From a virus (taxonomy: Duplodnaviria > Caudoviricetes): 64,000 nucleotides of DNA. The notes beneath the pieces were generated by a model. The model did no database searches, was not told the DNA's origin, and saw only the letters and a program-made list of their open reading frames with translations. Each line of letters starts with the position of its first letter. The first letter of the stretch is position 1. This document shows, in pieces, positions 36,034 through 45,309 of the stretch. The position numbers were made by a program, and so were the translations under genes. Where the stretch lies: IMG/VR virus record IMGVR_UViG_3300032227_000993; one strand, written 5' to 3'.

Positions 36034-36326
36034 TATTGTTTCCAAAGTTCCATTGCTACGATTTTACCAATTGTTTCTGCTACATCTTCACCGTCGGCAA
36101 TAATATGTGTAGAGTTAGCATGGCAATCATTTACGTGATCATATTTACGAAGTTGTACAATAGTACCGCCCTGTGCTGGCATAACATTGAATGTTAGTCC
36201 TTCAATATCAACCGTTGGTCTTTTTATTGATGCAACAGAAATAGTGTCAAAATCATTACGTTCTACACTTACATAACCGGCACCAAGCCAATTAAAAATG
36301 TTAAGGCGCCACTGCCTTGGTATCAT
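36033..36326 (-). CDS. hypothetical protein
   Basis: 97-aa ORF coupled on both sides. Confidence 0.6.
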   Translation of the reverse strand: MIPRQWRLNIFNWLGAGYVSVERNDFDTISVASIKRPTVDIEGLTFNVMPAQGGTIVQLRKYDHVNDCHANSTHIIADGEDVAETIGKIVAMELWKQ

Positions 36327-36841
36327 TTGATTACCTCGTCTTTGGTGTATTTAGACCAGTCGGTGAATACCTCACGCTTTTGTAAATCATGTAGGCTGTG
36401 GCACCATACGCCCGGGTTTGTTGCGGCAAAATCTCTATCATCAATTTTAAGAGTGGCATTGTATCCAAATTGTCGAATGTAGGGAAGTTTAACACTAATC
36501 ATTGGAATAAAGTTATCAAACTCTACCAATGAAGATTCAAGCAGGCCTTCTGCTTGTGCTACATCTAAATCAAGTGTGCAGTAGTTTGGAATTTTTTCTA
36601 AACAGGCCTTGACCATCCACTCCCACTCACACCAACCATCACCGTCGTTAATGTCCAATGCTGGAAAACTTTGATTGGCACCAAAATAAATGTGTTCACA
36701 GTTGTTGTTGGCAAATTCTTGCAAAATAATTTGTGGATCTTGTACACCTACAACAAACAATGTACGCAGGCCAAATGCCGCTGTGTGTTCAACTTCAGTA
36801 CCAATAAAAAACGATACGTCAGTGTGTCCATCTCTATTCAT
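36323..36841 (-). CDS. conserved hypothetical protein in dpdA neighbourhood
   Basis: FIGTEVEHT..G..TLF, HIYFGAN, LKIDD, GVW; function unassigned. Confidence 0.6.
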   Translation of the reverse strand: MNRDGHTDVSFFIGTEVEHTAAFGLRTLFVVGVQDPQIILQEFANNNCEHIYFGANQSFPALDINDGDGWCEWEWMVKACLEKIPNYCTLDLDVAQAEGLLESSLVEFDNFIPMISVKLPYIRQFGYNATLKIDDRDFAATNPGVWCHSLHDLQKREVFTDWSKYTKDEVIK

Positions 36842-37038
36842 TTTTTTTCCGTTTTGTAAACAGGTTCGTTGTATTCTTGTATAAGTGTAACAAGTTCTGT
36901 CTTAACTCGCAACCTTTGCTTCTTCAAATCAGTTATTTCGACATCGTCAAATACTCCAGTACTTTCCAAACCGTCAATCTTTTTATCTAAACGGTGATGT
37001 TCTTCTTCTAAATGTTTAATACGATTTTTTACAGACAT
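36838..37038 (-). CDS. DUF465/YdcH-like coiled-coil protein
   Basis: LEEEHHRLDKKI...LKKQRLRVKTEL. Confidence 0.7.
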   Translation of the reverse strand: MSVKNRIKHLEEEHHRLDKKIDGLESTGVFDDVEITDLKKQRLRVKTELVTLIQEYNEPVYKTEKK

Positions 37039-37040
37039 TT

Positions 37041-38591
37041 TTACGCCTCCAGTTGGTCAAGTTTATTTGGGTCAAGTTCTACATCGTCGCCGTCTACACC
37101 ATCTTCGACTTCTTCTACATCAAACAAGGTATTGAACATGGCACGAGCATTAACAGTCTTTTTACCTTTAAAGCCACGTGTACCGATGATGTCCATCCAA
37201 TAACGATTGTAGTGTTCAATAATAGCTTCTGCTTCCGCGCGATCCGGTGTGGCAAAGATCGCATTTACAATATCTTTAAACTTGGCATGATCGCCGTTTT
37301 GATTCCACATCATAGCAGGCCAAGTACCAGCGTCGTATTCGCGATTGGCACGTTGTACTGCTTCCAAGTGCATCCACACATTATGGCCCATAAGCAACGC
37401 ATAACTAAACGAATCCCAACTGGTCTTGCCTTCCTTACCGATCTTATTTAGGTCACCTGGCTTGTAGATACAGATATCTTTCATCTTTAGGTGTCGACTA
37501 ATCGGCGACTCATCAAAGTGTCCAATTAGGCCATCTGCGATAACAGCCGGACCAAACTGTCGCGGGTCAGTGGAGTATTTTTTATCATCCACAATAGGAC
37601 TCATACGATAGCACCACTTTTCGTTGTGTGGTAAATCAATGTGATGATACACCTGTCCGTTAGCTGTGGCCAAGAATGGACTAGCACAATCAAAGCTGAT
37701 GGTAAAAGCAGGGTTAACATACTTACGAACAGCACGTTGGACGTCTGTTAATAACACAGCCCACTCTAACTTACTTGTGCCCAAGAAGTGCATCCAATCG
37801 TGTACACCCTCCTGTAACAAGTTATCATAACGTAGTGCCACTAAGCGTTTAAGAACCAAGTGTATGTCGCACATATTCTGACCACCCATACTCCAGCCAT
37901 TAAAGTGTGTATCCGGATACTTGACAGGATCACAATAGTCCTTCATCAAGTCATACCACCGATCGGCTTCTGCGTGATTACTGCCTTGTAACACGTTTAA
38001 GAACTTGGCGCCACCATTCTTGACACCCTTGCGATTGGCCATGAAGTAATCATTGTTGTACTTGGTAGCGTCAACGGCTTCTTGGTATGTGGTGATAGCA
38101 CAAGCTGCGCTGGCCTTTTTATCATGTATGACCCAGGTTGGAATATCAAGAATCATGCCGTAGTCGGCCACTCCGTCCATCCACTTGAGCACAGCATCAC
38201 GTTTCTTCTGCGCCTTGGGACAACCGCTACCAGCTTTCCAGTCACCTTCCCACAAGCCCTTGGCAATCTGAAATCCACCCGAGTCGCCCAAGATAAAAGA
38301 ACCAGGATCACGATTGCGAACCATGTCTTCAGACCAGTCCTGCTTGTTAAGGTCCAAGTTGGCATGACCGCCCGAGTACAGGCTCCACCGGTAAGGAAAC
38401 AGGCCCTTCTGAGGATCAAGCCAATTCATCATTTCCATGTCCTGTATGCCTGCAGGCAAGCGAGCAGGATCTACATAAGGACCATTCACAGGATCACGTT
38501 GTTTACCAATAAAGGTAGCATAGAATCCGCTAATAGCTGGAAGGAATACAGCGTAGTCTTTTTGTTTTGCTGTTAAGTTATCTTGAGTCAT
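37041..38591 (-). CDS. dpdA: DNA 7-deazaguanine transglycosylase (TGT fold, DpdA2-like)
   Basis: GDSGGFQ, MILDIP, LNVLQG, WSMGG, HFLGTS, SFDCASP TGT-family motifs; no tRNA-TGT zinc motif seen. Confidence 0.8.
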   Translation of the reverse strand: MTQDNLTAKQKDYAVFLPAISGFYATFIGKQRDPVNGPYVDPARLPAGIQDMEMMNWLDPQKGLFPYRWSLYSGGHANLDLNKQDWSEDMVRNRDPGSFILGDSGGFQIAKGLWEGDWKAGSGCPKAQKKRDAVLKWMDGVADYGMILDIPTWVIHDKKASAACAITTYQEAVDATKYNNDYFMANRKGVKNGGAKFLNVLQGSNHAEADRWYDLMKDYCDPVKYPDTHFNGWSMGGQNMCDIHLVLKRLVALRYDNLLQEGVHDWMHFLGTSKLEWAVLLTDVQRAVRKYVNPAFTISFDCASPFLATANGQVYHHIDLPHNEKWCYRMSPIVDDKKYSTDPRQFGPAVIADGLIGHFDESPISRHLKMKDICIYKPGDLNKIGKEGKTSWDSFSYALLMGHNVWMHLEAVQRANREYDAGTWPAMMWNQNGDHAKFKDIVNAIFATPDRAEAEAIIEHYNRYWMDIIGTRGFKGKKTVNARAMFNTLFDVEEVEDGVDGDDVELDPNKLDQLEA

Positions 38592-39664
38592 ACTAAATTG
38601 TTTATAATCGGATGGAAGTTTGTATTATTGTACATGGTTTTACATTTTTTTACAAGGGCAATACATTCTAAATGATCAGTATGAGCTGGATCTAAAATAT
38701 TGTTATCGTCAAAGCTACCATTTTCTATTGTAAATTTATCTGACGTGGACGGCAGTTTTCCAAACCTACTCCAAGTAGCCCAGTCATCGAGCGGAACTAC
38801 TTCGCCCGCAAATCCGTATTGTTCACATAGGTTAATGAAGTTTGGTAAGTCTCGCCAGTTGTTTCTTTGTAACACAAAACTTAACACCACGCGAGTCCCA
38901 CTGGTATTTTCTTTGAGCCAATTTAAATTGTCTATTAGAACACTGAACTTGCCTGGGCGACGCACTACTTCGTAAACTTCTGCAGTACCGGCATCAATAC
39001 TAATCTTGTAGCTGGTCACATTTGATAACACTGGAGCGTCTGCCAATACTTTTTTAATTAAAAGACCGTTAGTAAAAATAGTAAATGTCTGTGTAGATTT
39101 AGGCTGCCACTTTTTTAGCAAAGGACGCATAATATGACTGGCTAAACAATCTCCGTTACCGCTGGTGGTAATGTGGATAGGCTTATCGTATTTTTCTAAC
39201 CACTCAAGTATGCGCTCAACACTTTTGATACGCTCGTCGTAAATGGGGCCTTCGCTGTACAAGTATTGTTCTCTACGGCAACTGGGGCAAGCTAAATTAC
39301 AACTATCATCAATGTTAATACTAAGCTGAGTACGATCATAACTGATGTTCTTGTTAATAACATCACAATGCTTGACAGCACAGTATGTAAACTTTTTATC
39401 AGTTACATCTTGTTGTAACGCAAGAGCACGTTCATTATTAAAAACATCTTCGATACTATCAAAGTCAGTTACCTTACCTACAGGAATAGGAAGCCAAGCA
39501 TCGCAGATACAAAGATTACAATCACTATCTTTATCAACAGTAATGTACTGATATGGTACTGTACAACTGCCTTTGATAGGGCCGTCGTAGTCTTTACCAC
39601 GCGGACGATTATTAAATGTCCACCAGTCTCGGACGCTGACTTCAAACGGTCCTATTTTTGACAT
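38588..39664 (-). CDS. radical SAM/SPASM-type protein
   Basis: CNLACPSC, SGNGD, TNG, N-terminal C..C and C...C. Confidence 0.85.
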   Translation of the reverse strand: MSKIGPFEVSVRDWWTFNNRPRGKDYDGPIKGSCTVPYQYITVDKDSDCNLCICDAWLPIPVGKVTDFDSIEDVFNNERALALQQDVTDKKFTYCAVKHCDVINKNISYDRTQLSINIDDSCNLACPSCRREQYLYSEGPIYDERIKSVERILEWLEKYDKPIHITTSGNGDCLASHIMRPLLKKWQPKSTQTFTIFTNGLLIKKVLADAPVLSNVTSYKISIDAGTAEVYEVVRRPGKFSVLIDNLNWLKENTSGTRVVLSFVLQRNNWRDLPNFINLCEQYGFAGEVVPLDDWATWSRFGKLPSTSDKFTIENGSFDDNNILDPAHTDHLECIALVKKCKTMYNNTNFHPIINNLV

Positions 39665-40386
39665 TATTTGCTTTGGGCTGGAAGAATAAAGTTGTAAGTA
39701 GCAAGTCCTGAATCAACAGTAATCATTGCCGCGCCATCATCACTAATCTTCATTACTTTGTCGCCATACAAATCAAGAATACTGATTACAGTCTTGATTG
39801 GCCAGGACCAAGCACGTTTTAATTGACCTTGTACGCTGGGTTGGAAAACAAAGTTACCCGAGTGTGTGCTATGATCGCCAAACACAAACTTCAAGTCACC
39901 GTTTTCAGTTTTGGCCTGGAACGTAGTTTCTTCTATGTTGGCCTGTGCCTGCATCTTTAAACGCTGAATAGCCGCCGCTGTGGGTTCAAATTCAATGCCC
40001 CAGTTGGCACCTTTAAACTTGACAGTCTTGAGTTTTTCGTTGACAATCTCACTTGCCATAAAGCGATAGTTGTTTTTAAAGTCACCTGCTTTGTTTTCAA
40101 AGTTAATGCCATCTGGAGCACCAGTATCCTTACGTGTGATATTTAACTTGGCATCTTCTTTGTATTCTTGTAAGTTTAACAAAACCTTGAGCTTGCTTAA
40201 GTTTGGCATACCAAACGTACCAACAAAGTCAGCAACAGGGTTAGCAAACGTACCCTCGACTACAACACTACGATCCTCGGCTAATCCAGAGATTGTAGTT
40301 TCTTTATCAGAGCCAGTGATTTTTACCAAATCAATAACACCCAAATCGAAAGTATGAGACACTAAGTCTAAGAGATGATCACGCAT
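39664..40386 (-). CDS. DNA polymerase sliding clamp (gp45-like)
   Basis: Size, GTFGMPNLSKL, YRFM, position near DNA polymerase. Confidence 0.7.
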   Translation of the reverse strand: MRDHLLDLVSHTFDLGVIDLVKITGSDKETTISGLAEDRSVVVEGTFANPVADFVGTFGMPNLSKLKVLLNLQEYKEDAKLNITRKDTGAPDGINFENKAGDFKNNYRFMASEIVNEKLKTVKFKGANWGIEFEPTAAAIQRLKMQAQANIEETTFQAKTENGDLKFVFGDHSTHSGNFVFQPSVQGQLKRAWSWPIKTVISILDLYGDKVMKISDDGAAMITVDSGLATYNFILPAQSK

Positions 40387-40442
40387 TTTATTTCCTTTAT
40401 GTAAGTATTTGTTAGTATAACAGAGTTATTTAGAATTTACAA

Positions 40443-41348
40443 CTATTTCGGCAATATTTTTGCCAACGACTGCCCACCTTTGATTGAAGTAAGTTTGCCA
40501 GGTTTTCTAAGTTCTAACCAAGTGGTGGGTCCTTCATCATTCCAGGAGAATTCAATTTGGTATCCAATACTGACAGCAAGGTCACGCAATAGATATCCTG
40601 GAGTGTAACAACAAAAATAATGCTCAACCAAAATAACAGCCGACGCTCGGTCACAATCATTAAAGGTTAATATCAGCACACCACCTGGTTTAAGTTTAGC
40701 ATAAATTTCAGTAAGATATTGCTTAATAATTTCAAACGGTCTAAAATTAAAATAATTGTAAGCAAACACCAATCCAAATTGATTATCGGGCAGGGCTTGG
40801 AGAATATTTTCACTTTCCTCCTTGACCACATATTTTCTTAATCTACGTTGATACACATCTGAAAATTTATCAGTGATTGTTTCTAAAAATTCATGATTGA
40901 TATCAGCCACATACAAAGGATCAGCCCCAACCATATCGTCGATAAAAGTTTCTTTACCAGGTCGGATAATTAATCCAGCATAATGCCAACTGACATATCT
41001 TAACAAGCGAGCTTTAAACATACTGATATCATTAAATTTGGTCGATATCCGCATATTAAAAATAGTTTCAGCAGTAGAGTTGAGTTCACCATTGTACAAA
41101 TCATAACTTTTGGCAAACCATGGTTTTTCGGCCACTACAATTTGATTTTTAAGATCTTGTTTTACTTGATCAAGCGTGGTATTAAACGTATCAAATAGAC
41201 TATTGATATTTGTTAATTGATCGCCGAGAGTGTTGCTGTTGGTTAGATGTGTGATTTTACTCAGCTCTACATTAACTGTGGTTTGAGCCAGCTCAGTAGA
41301 TAATTTATCTAATTCGTTTTTGTAATTAATAAGATCGCTTAGTTTCAT
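40443..41348 (-). CDS. coiled-coil N-terminus + class I SAM methyltransferase-like domain
   Basis: FGLVFAYNYFNF...IYAKLKPGGVLILTF; motif I degenerate (IIRPG). Confidence 0.55.
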   Translation of the reverse strand: MKLSDLINYKNELDKLSTELAQTTVNVELSKITHLTNSNTLGDQLTNINSLFDTFNTTLDQVKQDLKNQIVVAEKPWFAKSYDLYNGELNSTAETIFNMRISTKFNDISMFKARLLRYVSWHYAGLIIRPGKETFIDDMVGADPLYVADINHEFLETITDKFSDVYQRRLRKYVVKEESENILQALPDNQFGLVFAYNYFNFRPFEIIKQYLTEIYAKLKPGGVLILTFNDCDRASAVILVEHYFCCYTPGYLLRDLAVSIGYQIEFSWNDEGPTTWLELRKPGKLTSIKGGQSLAKILPK

Positions 41349-44009
41349 TTAGAACTCAAATAGATTTGTAAATGTATTTTCTGTATTGGTAGCACTTGCT
41401 AAGTCCCAATCTAACACACCAAGCAAGTTATCAATCTTTTGATCAACTACAGTAGCTTCCATCAAGCCGTCATCAAAAGGTAGATCTTTAAACCAATCAG
41501 GCAGTCGTGTTTCATCTGTAGGATAACCAATACTTGTCCAACCCAATGGATTGGGCTTTAATTTACATACAATAGTTTTCATTCCGTCTACAATTTGTGC
41601 GGAATAGTTATCGCTGTTCATTCTACGTAGGTTATTCCAATTTAGTGCCGCACGGACGTGCCCTGGCATATTGGCCTTGCCTTCTTTTTCTTCCTTGGCA
41701 CCGTACGCTGTCAAGTTATTAACTCTCTTGGGACTGCCTTTCTCCCAAGCCGGTCGCTCCATGAACTCATACTTAAACTCGCGGATGCGTTCTACGATAG
41801 TATCGCGCGGTGTTCCTGTTAGCACTTTTTCAAGAATCTCATACAAGAACTCTTGGATAACCTTGGGAGTATCACTACGCTTCAAGTCCAAGCCCATGGC
41901 TTTGATCTTGCCTGGTTTACCGTCAACGTCAAGTCGTTTGTTTTCTAAATCATAAATCAATACAGCATAACGTTTTTTGGTAATAAACAAACTGTTAGAC
42001 GCAACAAGTTCGCGACCAGCTTTGATAAGTGAGCCAGCATCGCGTGGACAATGAAACGCCTGTTCCATAAACGCTGGAAATGATTCGTTGACTTGATCAG
42101 CAATATTGTCATAAAGTTGAATACACATTTCTTTACTCCAGGTCATATTGCCAGCGGCTACTTCTTTCTTAATCATCGGCCAGGCTGTAAAATAACACGA
42201 GTCAGTGTCGCCATACACAATAGCTTCGCCTACATGATCTTTTTCGCCGGTGATACATTCATTAATGTATCCGGCCATGTGACGAGCAATAGCACGTCCA
42301 CACAATGTGGTTGATTGACCAATACGCTTGTCAAAGAAGCGACAATGTGGATTCAAAATGGCGCCGTACAATGAGTTCAAGTTGATCTTTTTTACTAACT
42401 GACGCTTGTCCCAGAACGCAATCTCTTTGGGATCTTTTGCATCTTTCTTCTTGGCCTGCATCTCTTGACGTTCAGCGTACCACCTCTCTAGCAATCCTGG
42501 AACAACACCCTTCTTCTCATATGTAACAATAGTGCCATTGGCAGTCAACATCCAAGGTTGATTACTGTTAAAAACAATATTCCATACTTCTTTGGCAGAG
42601 TGAACACTTACATCGCCGTCTTGCCAATCAATGGTAATTTCTGTTCCTGCTTGTTGCTCCATAACTGCGGTGTATTCAAATGTGCCAAAAACATTTTCCC
42701 ACGCTGCCGCAAAGGATTTCTTTTTATTTTCAACTAGATCTTTGATGTATCTGTCGGTGATAATAGGTCGAAGTTGTCCTACCACGGTTTCCATCCCCAT
42801 GTTCAAGGCGCGAATAGCCGAAGGATACAGTGAGTTAATATCAACTGCGCCTACCCATTCGTGTACGCCTTTTTTAGGATAAGCAACATACGCACCCGCG
42901 GCCGCTGTATCTTCATCCTCGCCAATGCGCTTGCGATTAGGAACTACAAATCCGCGTTCGTGTGCTTCGTTGATAATGGCCTGTTCAGTAACTGCTACTG
43001 CGCCCATGACTGTTGGAAGCAATACTGTGTTGTCGTGCGCAATTTCGTTGGCCAAGTCAATAAACTGTAGCTTCTTATCCAGCTTGTCTAACAACAAGGT
43101 ATCTTGTCTGTTGTATTCAATAAATTTCTTAAAGTTTTGATTGTACAGTTGATCCAATGTACCTTCGTATGCTGTTTTACTGTCATTTAATTCGTATTCT
43201 CCAATGGCATCCAAAGAATAACTATGACGTTCTTCATACGTGTATTTGCGATACAGCTGCATGTAATCCATATGAACCCGGCCGATTAAATCATATGTTT
43301 GTGATTCAGCACCAAAGCGTTCAAAGGTACGATCCTTAGGAAATTGTCCCCACAGACAAAACTTACGAGTGTCGTCTTTGCTCAACACTCGTGTGATACG
43401 ATTTACTGTGTAGGGTATATCATAACCTTCTGAGTTCCAACCTGACAGCACGTCAGCATCGTCAATCAACTCTAAGAATGTCACAAGCATATCAGCTTCT
43501 TTCTCAAACACAAGAGTGTTTTCAAAATCTTTAGCAATATCTTGTGCTGTTTCAAGGCTCATGTGTTTGGGTGGAATCACTAATGTTACTAATTGTTCCA
43601 TCCATTGTAGGTAAACAGAAATAGCAGTGATGCTGTTAAACGGATCTGATGTTGGAGAGAATCCTTTTTCTTGGTGGAAGTCCACCTCGATGTCAAAAAA
43701 CGCTACATTTAGTTTTGGGGAATCTTTGCCTTTGTAGTTATTTTCTAAACAGCGAAAGATTGGATTGATATCAGACTCATACAAATTTTTATTCTTTTGT
43801 ATTGCCTGTTCTTTGCGAAACTCTTTGCCACTACGAGTTGAAAAGCGGCTTACTGGTGTGCCATAGATACTGGTAAACTTGCCACGCGGGTCATCATGAT
43901 AGAATATGTATTCTGCTGGATATTCTTTGTAAACCCGCTTGCCATCTACACGTTCTACAACGTGTATGCGATCATGCTCGCGGTCATATAAACTGTCAAC
44001 GTAACTCAT
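41349..44009 (-). CDS. family B DNA polymerase (T4 gp43-like)
   Basis: FFDIEV, GWNSEGYDIPY, YNRQD exonuclease motifs; DINSLYPS, KINLNSLYG, YGDTDS, KKRY. Confidence 0.97.
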   Translation of the reverse strand: MSYVDSLYDREHDRIHVVERVDGKRVYKEYPAEYIFYHDDPRGKFTSIYGTPVSRFSTRSGKEFRKEQAIQKNKNLYESDINPIFRCLENNYKGKDSPKLNVAFFDIEVDFHQEKGFSPTSDPFNSITAISVYLQWMEQLVTLVIPPKHMSLETAQDIAKDFENTLVFEKEADMLVTFLELIDDADVLSGWNSEGYDIPYTVNRITRVLSKDDTRKFCLWGQFPKDRTFERFGAESQTYDLIGRVHMDYMQLYRKYTYEERHSYSLDAIGEYELNDSKTAYEGTLDQLYNQNFKKFIEYNRQDTLLLDKLDKKLQFIDLANEIAHDNTVLLPTVMGAVAVTEQAIINEAHERGFVVPNRKRIGEDEDTAAAGAYVAYPKKGVHEWVGAVDINSLYPSAIRALNMGMETVVGQLRPIITDRYIKDLVENKKKSFAAAWENVFGTFEYTAVMEQQAGTEITIDWQDGDVSVHSAKEVWNIVFNSNQPWMLTANGTIVTYEKKGVVPGLLERWYAERQEMQAKKKDAKDPKEIAFWDKRQLVKKINLNSLYGAILNPHCRFFDKRIGQSTTLCGRAIARHMAGYINECITGEKDHVGEAIVYGDTDSCYFTAWPMIKKEVAAGNMTWSKEMCIQLYDNIADQVNESFPAFMEQAFHCPRDAGSLIKAGRELVASNSLFITKKRYAVLIYDLENKRLDVDGKPGKIKAMGLDLKRSDTPKVIQEFLYEILEKVLTGTPRDTIVERIREFKYEFMERPAWEKGSPKRVNNLTAYGAKEEKEGKANMPGHVRAALNWNNLRRMNSDNYSAQIVDGMKTIVCKLKPNPLGWTSIGYPTDETRLPDWFKDLPFDDGLMEATVVDQKIDNLLGVLDWDLASATNTENTFTNLFEF

Positions 44010-44088
44010 TTAATCTTTCTGTGTATTATGGCACACTGGCCGTGTTTCATGTTCTTAAGTGAACGACTCTTACTGCTATTTACACTAT

Positions 44089-44349
44089 TTATAGTGTCTT
44101 GCCTACCTGAGTTAAAATTTGTTCAAGTAATTCGTGATCGTCTTGTGTACGTCCAAATTCAGCTTTGTGAGCAATACGAATAGCTTTTTTCAAGATGCCT
44201 GGTTTGATTTCTAATTCTTCTGCTACTGCTTTGATAGTATCGTTGAGACCGCCTGTTAGTGTTTCAACTTCCATGGTAACTTGCATACCTTCATTGATAA
44301 TTTGCTCAAGTTTTTTAGTTTGTTCTGCTGTGAATACTCGATTCGACAT
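44089..44349 (-). CDS. T4 DsbA-like dsDNA-binding protein
   Basis: Size, LNDTIKAVAEELEIKPGILKKAIRIAHK. Confidence 0.7.
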   Translation of the reverse strand: MSNRVFTAEQTKKLEQIINEGMQVTMEVETLTGGLNDTIKAVAEELEIKPGILKKAIRIAHKAEFGRTQDDHELLEQILTQVGKTL

Positions 44350-44397
44350 ATGATTCTCCTAATGTGTAAGTAGCAATTATACGACATAAATATCCTT

Positions 44398-45216
44398 ATG
44401 TCAACTGATATTATTGTCCAATTTCAAGATTTGCCCGATTTGAACATAGAACTTTACCAAACATCATTTAAACAACAGTACAAAGATCTTGTTAAACGTA
44501 ATGCTCTAATTGAACCAGCAACCTACAGAGATCCCTGTCATTACAGTCCAGAATTATTGAACCAATTAGCACACCAGGCCAAAGAGCTTTTTGGTTGGGA
44601 GTGGATTGACGCTGACTACACTGACTTTAGAACTACCATGGCCCTACATAAAGAATTAGAAGTTTTGGCAGGAACCGACATGGGCTACAAAGTGATACCT
44701 CGCGAACATCGGCCTTTAGTAACTGAAATACATCACTGTTTACACAGTCTAGAAATAGCAGTACAACAAAATTTTGATCCGGTTCGTCGTCGTGGCGCTC
44801 ACTTGCAGTTAGAGTGGTTTGTAGATGATGGCTTTCCACTGCCCGAAGATTTTGAGTTTAGTCTAGGATGGAAATTTGGTGACATCAAGTTACAAAATCC
44901 TTTTGTAGGGCATCCACCAATACAAGTTTACAAAGATAACGATTATGAAAATGTCAGTCAAACTTGCAAATTTCACAACTATGTTAGGCCTGGAATTATT
45001 CCCATGTTAAATTCGCATACTCCATCATTTGATGTGGATGATTATTTGTCTTGGTTTAGAGCCAATGGCACAGACTTTTTAGCCAAGTTTGGCGAAGAGC
45101 GTACAGTACATTATGCTGGCTGGCCTATTGTTGGTTGTGTAACAAACTTGGATGATTTAGTTACTATTAGTCGTGCGCCAAGTGTTGTGGTTGAATCTGT
45201 CGTAGTAATTGATTAA
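44398..45216 (+). CDS. hypothetical protein
   Basis: Sequence reads ATG TCA ACT GAT on the plus strand at 44398 and ends TAA at 45214-45216, so plus strand; TAAATA 5 nt upstream. Confidence 0.7.
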   Translation: MSTDIIVQFQDLPDLNIELYQTSFKQQYKDLVKRNALIEPATYRDPCHYSPELLNQLAHQAKELFGWEWIDADYTDFRTTMALHKELEVLAGTDMGYKVIPREHRPLVTEIHHCLHSLEIAVQQNFDPVRRRGAHLQLEWFVDDGFPLPEDFEFSLGWKFGDIKLQNPFVGHPPIQVYKDNDYENVSQTCKFHNYVRPGIIPMLNSHTPSFDVDDYLSWFRANGTDFLAKFGEERTVHYAGWPIVGCVTNLDDLVTISRAPSVVVESVVVID

Positions 45217-45309
45217 GCTCACTTAAGCAATGCCTTCCGGGCACGACTCCTTAGCATCACAAGGCAGCAGCCGCCTACACCAAACGTAACTAAGTTACGG
45301 TCCTAAGGT
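45216..45309. ncRNA. candidate rRNA-mimic / rRNA-antisense structured RNA
   Basis: Plus strand carries AGCTCACT, CAGCAGCCGC, CGTAACTA and ACGGTCCTAAGGT, identical to conserved 23S/16S rRNA segments, within three hairpins. Confidence 0.55.

Noticed and set aside
37041-38591. Calling this a tRNA-guanine transglycosylase for queuosine
   Set aside because: Large size, no C-x-C-x2-C zinc motif and a phage folE/queD/queE context fit DpdA better; tRNA activity is not excluded
44398-45216. Minus-strand assignment of this ORF as read in the ORF track
   Set aside because: The listed protein (MSTDIIVQ...) is encoded on the plus strand: ATG at 44398, TAA at 45214-45216
45220-45305. TAG read-through extending the radical SAM by ~28 aa, or genome-wide stop-codon recoding
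   Set aside because: No suppressor tRNA seen, long genes are intact in the standard code, and the structure is better explained by the rRNA-like words
45216-45309. Twister ribozyme (GGTCCTAAG) or fragment of a real rRNA gene
   Set aside because: Twister P4 closing pair and GAGGG pseudoknot partner are absent; rRNA words come from both subunits and out of order, so not a contiguous rRNA remnant
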